Assembly: GCA_000002445.1 (NCBI GenBank)
Contig: CP000067.1
Coordinates: forward strand, 1,344,001-1,408,000
Reading direction: 5' to 3'
From: Trypanosoma brucei
Lineage: Eukaryota
DNA: 64,000 nt
The notes beneath the pieces are model-generated. The model was given only the letters and a program-made list of their open reading frames with translations. It did no database searches and was not told where the DNA came from. Of the stretch, positions 10,207-21,509 are shown in pieces. Numbering within the stretch: position 1 is the stretch's first letter; each line of letters begins with the position of its first letter. The translations under genes were made by a program, and so were the position numbers.

Positions 10207-12185
10207 AAGTTTTCACAATTTGATTTTTTTTTCATTTATTTATTCGTTTATTTATTATTATTAGTATTTTTTTAGGGGGTGGATGGGGAGCCGCCGTCAA
10301 GTGGCAAAAACCATATGCGGCTAAACAAAGTATACCCCCCCTTTCTTTTAAAAACAACAACAAAAAAAAAATGTGCGCATTCAAAAGAAAAAGAAACCAA
10401 TACGGGAGATAAAAGGCAGTGAACCTAATAAAACAGAAGAGAAAGGGGAGGGGAAAAAATTGGAAAAAATAAAACAACAAAACGAAGTTCAAAAGAGAAA
10501 AAAGAAAATAACCGACAACACGAAAAAATATGGAGGAGGCGTCAAGTTCAGTGCCGGTTAGCGTATATTTGAGAAAAATAAGAAGAAAGCAGCGGTAAAC
10601 ATTAAGAAGGAGATGTACCGTACACGTAATTGAGAACAAAAACCTTTCCTTCCCTTGTTCATGAAAATATAAATAATGATAATGACGATATAATTATAAT
10701 ATAAATGTAAATATTTGTCATTTTTTTTTCATGTTTCATTTGTTAAGTTTTTCTTCACTCATTCACTCAGGAATGTCAAGCAATCGAATCAAAAACGATA
10801 TCATAACCATAACCATAACCATAAACAAACAAACAAAAAGAAAAAAAAACGGAAGCGATAGAAATAAAAGAGGGAAAAGAAAAGAATTATGAATGAAAAA
10901 GTAATGTCTCACGACAGGCACCGCGTCACGCATCGAAAGACACGGACGGGAAAACAATCAAAATCAAAAATAGAGAGCAAGAGGAACACACAAAATAAAA
11001 CAAGGAAAAAAGTATGCGTGTTAAGGCGTTTAAGTGCTGGGCAAAGTTGAATCAAATTGGTGACTGGTGACACCGGCATTTATAATAAACAAAAATAAAA
11101 ATAAAATAAAAAATGCACGCAAACACATGGAAAGCATAAAAGTGAGTTTATGCGCTGCGAAGTGAGGGATTGAACAAGACCGGCATATACACACACGTGC
11201 ACACAAAGCCGTACAAATATGAAACATATAAGTATATATATATGCTTTATTTATACAAATTGACTTGCGTGAATCATATGAATCTCTCTTATTTTTACAA
11301 AGTTTTGTGTTTGATTTGTTTATTTTTCTGCTTTATTTTTTCTATCTTGATGAGAGAACAGCCGATATCTTCCCCCGTCTCCTCCTTCCTCTTTTAGTTT
11401 CTTCTTTTGTCTTTTTTTTTTTGTTTTAAATTATCTTTTCTATAGTTCATCCGAATAGTCGCAAATCATATTGGAAGGGAACCATAAATTGAATCAGGTA
11501 AACGTAGAAACAACAACAATAAAAAAAAAAAAGAACAACAAAAAGAGGCAACAACATGAAACAAAGCAAAACCAAAGAAAAAAGCAGATAATAACAATAA
11601 CAATTAAAATAATGATAATAACAAATGAAGGTGAGGGAATTTAAGAAGAAGTACACGTGAAATGTATACGTGTGCGACACCAACAGGCCAAAAATCAGTT
11701 GTTGTTGTTGTTGTTGCTTTTGACATACGAACGAAAATAAATAAAAGAAATGGAAGGCGCTTCCCCGAATGTTTTCCCTCTTTGTTTTTTTTCCTTTCTT
11801 TTATATTTGGGGATGTACCGCCATGCCACAACGAAACGAACGTGAAATACAGCACGAGCTAAAGCACACAATCAAACCAAAGGAAAATCGTTTAGGGAAG
11901 CAAAACAAAACAAAAAAAAAAGAAACTCGTTTTGGGCCATACGTTGGGAAGCGTTTGAACACAGTGCTGAGATAAACCACTGAGGGTCCACTCTTTCAAA
12001 TACAAAAGTACATATATATGTATGTATATGTCCATATGTATGTTGTTTGCTTGTGTGCGGTCTTGCATGTGTTTATGTTGTTATTTCCCCATCTTTAGAT
12101 ATGCTTTTTTTTTTTTCTCTCTTCCTTTTTTTTTTCGTTTTTAATTGTTAACACAGCTCCTGTTTATTCAAGCACTTGGAAACTG

Positions 12186-14195
12186 CTAGCATAGCGCAAC
12201 GTGGCGCAGCACAAATCCTGGTGAAACCCTCACAGGGATATTCTCTGGTGGGTAATTGAACTGACGTTGCGCCACATCAAACCACCGCTCACACATTTTC
12301 ATCCAACCACTGATATCATACGGAGTGCATGGTAGCCCTTGTCGGTTATCACGAACATATTCCCCTTCCACTTTGTAATGGTGTTGCTGTTGTTGGTAAT
12401 GGTACTGTTGTTGCTGGCGTTGCTGCTGCTGCTGCTGTTGTTGTTGTTGTTTTCTTCGCCTTCGTGACTCTTCCTGCTCCCGCATTTCAGGTAACGGTGT
12501 GCGTGGAGGAGGCGGAAGGCGGTGGGTGATATTCCATTTGCTTGCGTAGTGATACCACAGAGCCGCTCGCCGGCCACAACATGAGGAGCAGTAAGGTGAT
12601 AGTTGCGATAATGAATACAATGATGATGTTGTGGTGCCCGCGGCATCATATGAAGGAGGAAAGGGTAGCCCCCGTGGTGGCGACGGTGGAGGAAAGAAGT
12701 CCGCGTGGAAGTATAATAAATCACTGAGGTATTCACTGTACGCTTTGGTCTGCTGCTGTTGTTGTTTCTGACCGTCACTACCTCTCGCAGTTGGCTGCTG
12801 GGCATGTTTGATTTGAATAAATGGCGAGTTTTGTTCATTGCCCCACGACTTGCCGGTCCAGACAGATATACACGTGTTGTTGGTCGCGCCTGTGGCGTTA
12901 GAAAAATGAGCCATTTTAAGGCTGGAGGTGTTGCCCACGGAACTGTAACAATATGGTGGTGGGGAAACTGGTGAAGACATGGGATTCCCCTTCAAGGTAA
13001 GCTCCTGATGGTTTCGGTCAAAGCCCCCCTGTTGCTGTTTCTGCACTGGTTGTCTTGAAGGGAGTCGTGGTTGTCCTTCCATGATATAATTCGCCAACGA
13101 CAAGGTGCCGAGGGGTAAACCTGCGGCCGCGATGATACTCGCGGCTGCAGCTTCGAAACCGATTGTTGATGATGCTGAAGAGGTAGCCATGGCCGTGGCA
13201 GCTGTCTGCCTGACAGGAGGTAGGGCCTTTCCGGCGTTGGTACCACTGCCGTGGCTGACAGCATTGATGTTGTAAACGTTGCTTATGTGGGCATTGCCGT
13301 CGTTACTGTTAGCATTTTTGTACCTCATGCGGCTTGCCGTGTAGACTGTGGCTCCAGTAGGCGCCTGTGGGTTCACGGCGCCGCTCACACCCGTGAAAGA
13401 CTGCGTCCACTCCCCGTTTGGAACCGTTATTGTTGGCGTTGTTGCAGGGGCCTTCCTCTTGTCACCTCTTTCCACATCGGCATCACCACTAGTCATTGGA
13501 ATCCTGCCGTAGGCGCTGTGCGTGCTGTAGACGTGGCTATATTGACTGTTGTTCCTGTTGTAGTTGTGACTGTAGTCAACATTTTCACCGCTGAAGCCGC
13601 AGCTATTGTTACCTTTGCAGTTGTATCGGCAGTAGTAATCTAGCCAATTATCTTCCTTGTTCTCAGCGTCTTTCTCCTCAGGACTGTTGTTTTTGTGACC
13701 ACCACCACCACCACCACAACCAATGACACTGTCACCGATAACAACATCATTCCCGGCAATGCCACCAACGGCATTCTCGTCCTCGTCCTCATCGTCTTCC
13801 ATGAAGAGTGGGATATTCACCGCTTGATGATTATGTTTGGCGATACCCGCGCCTCCCACTAGCTGTTGGAGTGGGACTGTGTAGTTTATGGTAGGGCGGC
13901 TGTGCTTTTCGCGGACGTGTACGTTCAACACGCTGCTGGTTGCACTCAATTCGTCTTCACCGCTCGGCCACCATCTTCCAGGCTCTTCATCGTTACCGTT
14001 ATTATTGTTATTATTATGATTGCCGTAACTGTCGTTGGTATTACTTCCGGCACCATGACTTTTGCGGTGGGGGTTGCTAAAGTGGCTCTTGTCCTCGTGG
14101 ACGTCATAAACACTCCAACGCGCAAAGTACGGCGGGCTTCCCGGGCCTCCATCTTGTCCCTCCGAAGGTTGGCGGGTGAAACCACGGGACTTCAT
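12186..14195 (-). CDS. Low-complexity N/Q/G/S-rich hypothetical protein (669 aa) with poly-Q, poly-N and poly-G runs and a short non-repetitive C-terminus.
   Basis: Long ORF in the transcribed orientation. Contains QQQQQQQQQQRQQQQ, NNNNNNN and GGGGGG tracts. The antisense ORFs in the same span are composition artefacts. Confidence 0.55.
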   Translation of the reverse strand: MKSRGFTRQPSEGQDGGPGSPPYFARWSVYDVHEDKSHFSNPHRKSHGAGSNTNDSYGNHNNNNNNGNDEEPGRWWPSGEDELSATSSVLNVHVREKHSRPTINYTVPLQQLVGGAGIAKHNHQAVNIPLFMEDDEDEDENAVGGIAGNDVVIGDSVIGCGGGGGGHKNNSPEEKDAENKEDNWLDYYCRYNCKGNNSCGFSGENVDYSHNYNRNNSQYSHVYSTHSAYGRIPMTSGDADVERGDKRKAPATTPTITVPNGEWTQSFTGVSGAVNPQAPTGATVYTASRMRYKNANSNDGNAHISNVYNINAVSHGSGTNAGKALPPVRQTAATAMATSSASSTIGFEAAAASIIAAAGLPLGTLSLANYIMEGQPRLPSRQPVQKQQQGGFDRNHQELTLKGNPMSSPVSPPPYCYSSVGNTSSLKMAHFSNATGATNNTCISVWTGKSWGNEQNSPFIQIKHAQQPTARGSDGQKQQQQQTKAYSEYLSDLLYFHADFFPPPSPPRGLPFPPSYDAAGTTTSSLYSLSQLSPYCSSCCGRRAALWYHYASKWNITHRLPPPPRTPLPEMREQEESRRRRKQQQQQQQQQQRQQQQYHYQQQQHHYKVEGEYVRDNRQGLPCTPYDISGWMKMCERWFDVAQRQFNYPPENIPVRVSPGFVLRHVALC

Positions 14196-14625
14196 TTATT
14201 CCCCCTTTCCTCCTTGTCTTTTGCACTTCCTTATAAATATTTAAGTATTTCGATAATGCGTTTCCCTTTGCCAGGCTTTCGGTTGTCAACTTTCGATGCA
14301 ATACAGGTGAAAGAAAAAAAACAAACAAAGAAGAACCATGAGTCGCGGCGAAACGACACTAGATGCTTAACATCAGAGACATTCATCGTTTCACCCATTC
14401 CATCCTCTTACAACCGTTCTTGTAATAACTAACCAACCTATTTCCGATCTTACAAATTACTCGCTTCAGGTGCTTTTATTCCTCCCTCCCCCCCCACCAG
14501 TATCCCTCTTACGTTTGCTCGGGGGAGAATCTCTGCATGTTTCCCCAACGAGAGGTACGAACCTCGGTCCCCACTTGCAGAAGGAAACCCTCAGCTTCAC
14601 CCATCATCGACCCGTCACCAAAAAG

Positions 14626-16338
14626 CTACAGCCGCAACACATCCATCGTCGTCACACGACCCCTGCAGTTTGCACTACAGATGTAGTGGAGCATCAAATC
14701 TGAGCTTTTGCCACTCGCACTGATACTGTTATTACTGCTGATGCCTCCTTTATCCACATTCCAAGCGATAGCGACACCCGCCGCATCCAATGAAAAGAGG
14801 GTTCGGCCAGCACAATGCAGTGCTTTCACACGCGTTGAATGCTTTGTGGGGTGACGTCCCGAGTGCTGTGACGCATCAGAACCAGCGGCAAAGCTGCCAG
14901 TCGTATCCCCGCTGCTGTTGTTAGTACCGCAAACTCCAACGTTACCGCCCTCACTACCATGGGGAATACGCCGTTCCACGATCCCCGGAACGCAAGCCCC
15001 CTGCCATGGCCCACAGCAGCATCGTATGTTTCCCGACTCATCACCAATCATTATGGTTTGTTCGTCCATGAAACAGAAGGTGTGCATTTCATTGTGCGGC
15101 TGCAGCGGAGAAGGAGCCCGGTATTGCGCCACAGCCCGCATCGTGGCCGTCTCATAAACAAGTAGAGCGTGACTGGACAGAACGGCGAAGTAAGAACCTA
15201 CTGGGGAGAAGTGGACCTCACGTGGCTCGTCGTGCCGCTCCCACTTCGCCAGCTTCACCGGCCTCCCGGGCTCATCGCTGTCGCTTGTTGTTTGTGCAGC
15301 AGCCGGAGACGCGACATTATCCCTTCCACCGTTGTCTTTGTTGGCTCTGTATCGACTTATTGCTGTTGCTAGTGATGTACTGTAGCGCCATTTGCTTAGT
15401 AACCGACCCCTCAACAAGTCTACAACTACAATATGGTGGTCTTCTGCCGAGCATGTAATGGCCAGCGCCGCACCGGAACCGCCGTCATTATTGCTTCCCG
15501 GATGTAGGGCAATGCTAGAGATGCATTTCTCATGTAATGGAATAGCCGAGTTGATGGACCAATCACGTGTGCGGTATGTTATAAGCTGCCCGTCGGTACA
15601 ACCACACAACATCAGCTGTGAGTTACTCGTTATCTTCATACAACGTACTTCACTGGGTGGTGAGACGTGACCCAAATCGGTAAGTCTGAGAGCAAGAGGC
15701 TCAGCGCTGCTGCCGCTATTTGTTTCTGCGGAAGGACCAGCAAAAGCCAGGGTTTCTTCCATTTCCCCACCGTTCCCACATGGTTCACCACCTTTCTTCA
15801 GCCTTTTCGCTTGCCGTTTTTGCTTCTTTTTCAAGAGCTTCAGTTGCTTTTGAACGCTGTGACTTTTATTGGTGAATAAAAATACCCGCTCATCCGTGCC
15901 CGCCGAAGCCATATACTTCGCCCCGCCCCCAGCTGTGACAGCGTTGATGCATCCGACATGGTGCTTGATGGAAAAAAGCAGGCCGAAGCGGCGACGCCGG
16001 TAGAGCAACCCCGCCATGACGGAGTGATATGTTCCAATGACCAGCAGGGCGCTGCGACACTCTTCAGTAGGGACTTTCGCCTGCACTTGATCCAACACCG
16101 GACTCTTCACTTGCTGCGCTGCCGCTGGTGATGATGATGCAATCGGTAAATTTCGCTTTTCCTCTTTTTGCCGCCGCCGTTGCTGAAGTTGGTCCTCATT
16201 CCCTTCACCTGCATTATCCGTCTTTTTCTTCGGTTTCAGTTTCTTTTGTTTGAGTGCTACCGCTGGTGAAGAGGCCGCTGCTTCACCAGCATGCCGGGGG
16301 CGCTTTTGACCGTTCCGCTTCTCACTGCCGCTTTGCAT
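14626..16338 (-). CDS. WD40-repeat protein, possibly PAK1IP1/Mak11-like nucleolar protein, with a basic N-terminal extension.
   Basis: The ORF 14626..16503 has a first plausible Met at 16336-16338 (MQSGSEKRNGQKRPRH...). Segments LLVIGTYHSVMAGLLY and HHVGCINAVTAGGGAKYMASAGTDERVFLF resemble the first blades of PAK1IP1 (VAGCYEQVLFGF; HHAHTASLSAVAV...TGSKDETIHIYD). LMLCGCTDGQLITYRTRDW is WD-like. Confidence 0.5.
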   Translation of the reverse strand: MQSGSEKRNGQKRPRHAGEAAASSPAVALKQKKLKPKKKTDNAGEGNEDQLQQRRRQKEEKRNLPIASSSPAAAQQVKSPVLDQVQAKVPTEECRSALLVIGTYHSVMAGLLYRRRRFGLLFSIKHHVGCINAVTAGGGAKYMASAGTDERVFLFTNKSHSVQKQLKLLKKKQKRQAKRLKKGGEPCGNGGEMEETLAFAGPSAETNSGSSAEPLALRLTDLGHVSPPSEVRCMKITSNSQLMLCGCTDGQLITYRTRDWSINSAIPLHEKCISSIALHPGSNNDGGSGAALAITCSAEDHHIVVVDLLRGRLLSKWRYSTSLATAISRYRANKDNGGRDNVASPAAAQTTSDSDEPGRPVKLAKWERHDEPREVHFSPVGSYFAVLSSHALLVYETATMRAVAQYRAPSPLQPHNEMHTFCFMDEQTIMIGDESGNIRCCCGPWQGACVPGIVERRIPHGSEGGNVGVCGTNNSSGDTTGSFAAGSDASQHSGRHPTKHSTRVKALHCAGRTLFSLDAAGVAIAWNVDKGGISSNNSISASGKSSDLMLHYICSANCRGRVTTMDVLRL

Positions 16339-17465
16339 GATTCGAACGAGGTCCACCCTTCCTTGCTCGCTATAGATGCCTATATGACCGTTTAAATAGA
16401 GGTCAGTAATTGCAGAGGAAGTTGATGACAAAAAAATAAATAAATAGAGATTTGTATATTTCCCATCAGCACTACGACAGTGAGTGACAACTAAAATACC
16501 CATTTGTTATAAATGATTGTTTGTGCAGAGCAATCGCGTACTGAGTTGCCCCTTATTGACCTCTTGTAACGTTTTTTTTTCCTTCTTTCATTTCGACAAA
16601 CGGTGCCGTAACGACACATTTTGTGCTCGCATTCCTTCTTCATATCATACCTCTTGCGTTAATCCATGAAGAAAATTGAGGGGGCCCAACGGAGCAAAAA
16701 ACAAAAACAAAAACAAAAACAAGAAGGGAATGAGGAATCGAGCAACTGCAGTTGTTGAAATAGTAGTTGAGAGGGAATGGGTACAGGTATAATGTCGGTG
16801 GAGGTAATAAATACGTCATTATCCCCTTGGGGTTCCTTCTTCGTTCGCCCTATCCACACTTTCTTCATATCTTTCCTACATTTTTTCCCGTTGAACAGTC
16901 AGCACAAAACAGACATCATTTGCTATCAATCCATATACAGTGTAGCCCCACAAAGTGAGGGATTTAGTGGCGAAGAGAGCGTTTTCACGTCTGCTTACAA
17001 ACGGTTTTGTTTGAAAGTGTGGGTACTTTTTTTTCCCTCTCCTTCATTGGGAGAGAAAAAGTGATGTTTTATTAGTGTAGATAAAAGCAATTTAACAACG
17101 GAATGTCAAGCAGGTGAGCAGAAAAAAAAAAAATCAAACCTTCCACCTTCAGCTCTGTGAGCCGGCTCAAAGAAGAGAGGTATGCACAGAAAAAGAAAAA
17201 AAGAATAAATAGTAGACTACTTGAAGGAGCAATCTTCGCTTCATACCAGCCACATTTTATTTCCCTCATACTGTGTCGTTATTAAATGTGTTAATGCCGA
17301 ACGACGCTTATGTACAAAAATAGAAACGGTCCCCGAAAAAGAACTTATAACGGATGATGGCTAAAGTAGAAATAAAATGAGTAAAATGATAACATGCTAA
17401 AACAAGCACATTTTTTTTTCACTTTACTGGTTCAACATTTGAACGTCGCATAATTATGAAGTGAT

Positions 17466-18869
17466 TTAAACTGTTCCACAAGTTGAGTGACATAGACCTG
17501 CCCCATTTTCCACCGTGTCCACCTGAATGGTCGTATGGGTGATGCCAAATCTCTTGCAAACCTCCTGTGCCTTCTGAAGGGCTGCATCCTTATCATCCGC
17601 CTCAAGATGAACCGACAGCGCTGCGTAGTCGGAGGCAATCGACCACACGTGAAGGTCGTGTACGCCTTCAACACCTTTAATACTGCGCAGGGCACTCAAC
17701 AACTCGGAGTAGTTAATACCCGGAGGGGTACTCTCCATGAGAATTCCCAGAAGGTCCCGCAGCAACGGTCGCGTCATGTTGAGCGTAATGACGGCAAACA
17801 GTAGCGAGCACAGCGGGTCTGCAAGGTTGTAAATGGAGTAGCGATATGATGGAACACCGTACGAATAACGGTTTGCGACATAAATGAAGATTCCAGCGAG
17901 GATGACGCCGAGAGACTGGACACAATCACCCAACGCATGAAGCAGAGCAGCGTGAACGGCGAACCCTCTGCCACTGTGACTGTGACTGTGATCATGACCT
18001 TCACCTTCACTTCCGCTGTGCCCGTATCCATGTCCATGGTCGTGACTGTGATTGTGCTCAGTATTCTCCTCGCATAGTGAATCCTCTTCTTCCCCGTTAC
18101 CGCTATGGCTATGATGGTGTGATCCACCAAAATGACTGTGGCCGTGCGAACCACCGAAGTACAAAATAGCGGTGCATACAATGTTTACCACCATCCCTAG
18201 TACACCCACCACAACCATGATGGGTGAGTCGATACTTGTACACATTTCCATATGCGTCGCCTCTGTCAGTGCTCCATCCTTGTCGACCGTAGGGTGCTGT
18301 GAAATATTACCGAAGCCGTAATAGCTGGTGCTATTATTTCGCTTGTACTGTTGAGCAGTGGTAGCAAGCATCGCATGGATACGGCTACACTTCAGTACAG
18401 TCCACGACCGGTCCAACCCCTCCATGACAATCCAGACGACAAGGGCCCAAATGGAGAAGACCGACACAAGCGTTCCGATGACTTCCGCACGATGCCAACC
18501 ATAATTGTACTTCCCGCAGGAAGAGCGTGAGGCGGTACAGAGGCTCACAACACTCATCGCATAGGCGCCCACGTCAATGAGGAGGTGCGAAGCATCGGTG
18601 AGAAGTGCGAGGGAATGCGCGAGGACACCAAAAACAAACTCCACAGACATGAAAACAAAACAAAATAGGAGAGCGCTCAAAAGCACTTTCGACTCGCGGC
18701 GCCGCCGCATCTCCGTTGGTTCCACATGAGCTTGTCTTCCACCACCCGACTTGCTCATCAGGGAATGCGGCGTTGAAGTTGTTACTTCTACAGCCGTTGC
18801 ACTGTAACCTGTAGCCCGCCCGGCCCTAACGGGAAGGAGTTGATGTTGCTCACGGGGTTTCTCCACCAT
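17466..18869 (-). CDS. Cation diffusion facilitator (CDF/ZnT-type) zinc transporter with a His-rich cytosolic loop.
   Basis: TM helices carry the CDF signature (HSLALLTDASHLLID...; YGWHRAEVIGTLVSV). The His-rich loop reads HGHSHFGGSHHHSHSG...HNHSHDHGHGYGHSG. A C-terminal dimerisation-domain-like region follows. Confidence 0.85.
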   Translation of the reverse strand: MVEKPREQHQLLPVRAGRATGYSATAVEVTTSTPHSLMSKSGGGRQAHVEPTEMRRRRESKVLLSALLFCFVFMSVEFVFGVLAHSLALLTDASHLLIDVGAYAMSVVSLCTASRSSCGKYNYGWHRAEVIGTLVSVFSIWALVVWIVMEGLDRSWTVLKCSRIHAMLATTAQQYKRNNSTSYYGFGNISQHPTVDKDGALTEATHMEMCTSIDSPIMVVVGVLGMVVNIVCTAILYFGGSHGHSHFGGSHHHSHSGNGEEEDSLCEENTEHNHSHDHGHGYGHSGSEGEGHDHSHSHSGRGFAVHAALLHALGDCVQSLGVILAGIFIYVANRYSYGVPSYRYSIYNLADPLCSLLFAVITLNMTRPLLRDLLGILMESTPPGINYSELLSALRSIKGVEGVHDLHVWSIASDYAALSVHLEADDKDAALQKAQEVCKRFGITHTTIQVDTVENGAGLCHSTCGTV

Positions 18870-19140
18870 GTTTTTACTTTTATTCTTATGGGGGTTATTA
18901 AGTTACTTTTCTGAGTGCCGTATTTCCAATACGCACGGCGATGAGAGCCAAAATTTCTTTTCTCAGCGTCTGTGGTTTCGTTTGATTTGAGGTGGCGCTT
19001 ACCCTCCTTTGTCCTTTCCTCTCTCTGATGTTTAGGTATCAAGTGAAAAAAAAATTATAGTGCCAGCCACACGTTCACGGCTGAAGATACGGCTCGGCCT
19101 TCTTTACCCTCGGCGGAGAAATAATGAATATTAGCAACCG

Positions 19141-19200
19141 CAGAAAAAGAAAAAAAACAATAAGAGGAGGGGAAGTGAAGAAGGAAAATGGGAGAGTTAA
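19141..19200 (-). promoter_or_regulatory. Putative polypyrimidine tract (minus sense) upstream of the CDF transporter gene.
   Basis: An A/G-rich run on the plus strand (cagaaaaagaaaaaaaacaataagaggaggggaagtgaagaaggaaaatgggagag) lies about 270-330 nt upstream of start 18869. Confidence 0.3.
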
Positions 19201-20480
19201 GCAGACTACCAAGTAAATGATGTGTGTATATATGTGTGAAGCAATTGAATAAAATGAAACTTAATACACGCATGCAGACAAAGAAAAAGTGCATGTGTTA
19301 ACTTCGGTACTGGAATTACGCTATTATGTCCCTCATTGGAACCACCAGGGCTATTTTGGCGGGTTGTCCTCACGACGACGCGAGCTCCGCGTCCATGCTA
19401 TGAGTATATTCTTATTTTTTTTTTTCAAGTGATCCAAAGAAATAAAAAAAGAAACCTAATCATGCGGGGAGAGTATCCGTATTCGCGACGGCGGCCTCTC
19501 GACTGCCTCTCACACTTCCTCTACCTGCCCGAGGAGGTACGGAAACCCAACAAGTACATAAAAAATATGGGTAGTGGAAGCTGTTGAGATGAGAAGGTTG
19601 CGCAAAAAAAAAAAAAACAACACACATACAAACAATACCAACACGCCCACACGAGGAAAGAAAAGAAAATGACTGGAAGAGAAATAATCAAAACCAAGCA
19701 GCGATAAAGAGAAAGGAAACGGGCACAAACGAGCTGATGTCCCACTGCGGGAAAGTACTGTTACTAACACCAACTCCCAACTGCCTCGCATCTTTTCGTT
19801 ATCCTTTTGTTTTCCTTTTTTCTCCATATCTTCCTTTTTTTTTCTCCATGAAGGCGGTAAAAAGCATCACACTTCAAATCACGCTCAAGCAAAGCACCCC
19901 TTCCCTATAATTAATTAACACTGAACGGCTACTGAGTCCAAACAGATACAGAAGCATTAGTCGGTACCGTTAACAACACGCGGGGCATATCCACGCGCGT
20001 TAACTAGGAGTAACGATAGCAGCAGTTGCCAAACTATCTCTCTAAGTTGTGGCAAAGGTGCTGACACACAAAAGTCTCCAATGTCGATAATGATGGAAAA
20101 TGACATAACAACTAACGGGAGAAACGATGATAAGAACACTGCCGCGGTGAAGACAGCGTTCACAACGGTAATGCACAGGGTGCAACTAACGCCACGGAAG
20201 CATAACGTACAAGGGAACAAAGCGAAAAAGCTTCTCCCACCCCTCTTTCTTAAAACGCTTTGCCCTGAATTATCGTGCCATCTGTAAGGGATGCACTATG
20301 ATGCGAGCAGCGTTTGCAGCAGCAACAACGGCACCACCTTTGGTATTTGTAACAATACCAATGACGACGTTGGTTGCAACCGCAGTCCGGACAGCTGTAG
20401 AAGCAACACTCATTTCTCCCGTCTTCCCCTTTAGCTTGTGAATACCAAGTGTATCCACCCACTTCCACACCCCCTTTCAT

Positions 20481-21509
20481 TCAGTAAGTGACACGGGACA
20501 GCTGCAGGGCGTGCTCAAACTTTTCCTCTTCTGTCATCTCAGATATCGGTTTAGGAGGTGGAATGAAATCCTGTCGGAGTTGGGCCCGCAGGTACGCATA
20601 AACATTTAACTCCTTTGCTTCATCACTAGACTCCGGTACCACACCTGTCAGCGGCTTCAGATCCAAACCCTCGCAAATTTCGTTGCATTTGTGATTGACC
20701 ACAAACTTCGTAATGCCCTCCACGCCCATGTTTCCCAGCCCGAGGCCCCGACCGTCCTCCGTGTGAATTTGCGGGTCTGTCAACAAGTCATTGACGCCCT
20801 GCAGATCGCACAAAAGCATCGAGCCCACACTATCTACGAGAGTGAAATGAGAGAAAGCTTCAGCCACGTGCAACATATGCTGACGCTTCCGTTTCTGGGA
20901 GTCCGTTTTGCAGTGCTTATCATCCTCATAGACGTCACCGTAGTTGCTGTTATACTTTGTGAAGTGTCCCCCAAGTTTGGGTTCCATCACGAAAAGAACA
21001 TCTCCTGTGTCGACTGTACGGTGGGAGAAGAACCCATCCTTCAGCCGGCGGTACTCGCGGGGGATGATATTACGACTAATACGCAACACCTGACACTGTA
21101 AGAATGATATGCGCGGTTTGTTAGGTCCATGGAAGGGAGCCTTGTTGAAGTTGCTCGCAAATTCTTCGCAGAGACACTGCGCTTCCCCTTCGCAGAAATA
21201 ATCCTCTTCCTTCACGTCACTCACAACCTTAAGGAACAACTTGGCGATGCAGCGCGTGCGGCTGCCGTCATCTTCGATCTCCTCAACCTCATAACAGACC
21301 CGCATGCCACCCTTAGCAAAGGGTTTGAGTGGTTTGATGATTTGAACGTTGGTGTCCGACACAACCCATTCCTTCCTCCGAAAGCTGTAAATATATTTCG
21401 TGGCGCTACAAATGCAACTCGCGCCTGTGGGCTTTGGAGTCGAATCTCCTCCTGCTGACTGCATTAGCTTAACCAAAATGCGAACTGCCAAACGTATAGA
21501 TAAATACAC
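20481..21509 (-). CDS. Alpha-kinase family protein (eEF2-kinase/MHCK-like atypical protein kinase).
   Basis: Alpha-kinase catalytic motifs are present: LLCDLQGV, TDPQIHT and GLGLGNMGVEGITKFVVNHKCNEICEGLDL (the GxGNxG...F...H.CN..C..L.L pattern). An alternative start is the Met at 21462-21464. Confidence 0.65.
   Translation of the reverse strand: MYLSIRLAVRILVKLMQSAGGDSTPKPTGASCICSATKYIYSFRRKEWVVSDTNVQIIKPLKPFAKGGMRVCYEVEEIEDDGSRTRCIAKLFLKVVSDVKEEDYFCEGEAQCLCEEFASNFNKAPFHGPNKPRISFLQCQVLRISRNIIPREYRRLKDGFFSHRTVDTGDVLFVMEPKLGGHFTKYNSNYGDVYEDDKHCKTDSQKRKRQHMLHVAEAFSHFTLVDSVGSMLLCDLQGVNDLLTDPQIHTEDGRGLGLGNMGVEGITKFVVNHKCNEICEGLDLKPLTGVVPESSDEAKELNVYAYLRAQLRQDFIPPPKPISEMTEEEKFEHALQLSRVTY

Noticed and set aside
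10803-10840. CCATAA and ACAAAC short tandem repeats reminiscent of telomeric hexamers
   Set aside because: The units are ccataa and acaaac, not ccctaa (the TTAGGG complement). They are only 3-4 copies long and embedded in a microsatellite-rich spacer, so they are not an interstitial telomere repeat.
12299-13643. ORFs on both strands inside the N/Q-rich gene (for example 12299..12838 -, 13251..13643 +) with poly-V, poly-A and poly-N runs
   Set aside because: They are frame-shifted or antisense readings of (CAA/CAG/AAC)n-type codon repeats and are not independent genes.
17774-18181. 135-aa and 70-aa minus-strand ORFs with His/Ser/Thr/Val repeats inside the CDF transporter gene
   Set aside because: They are alternate-frame translations of the His-rich loop coding region and overlap a well-supported CDS in the same orientation.
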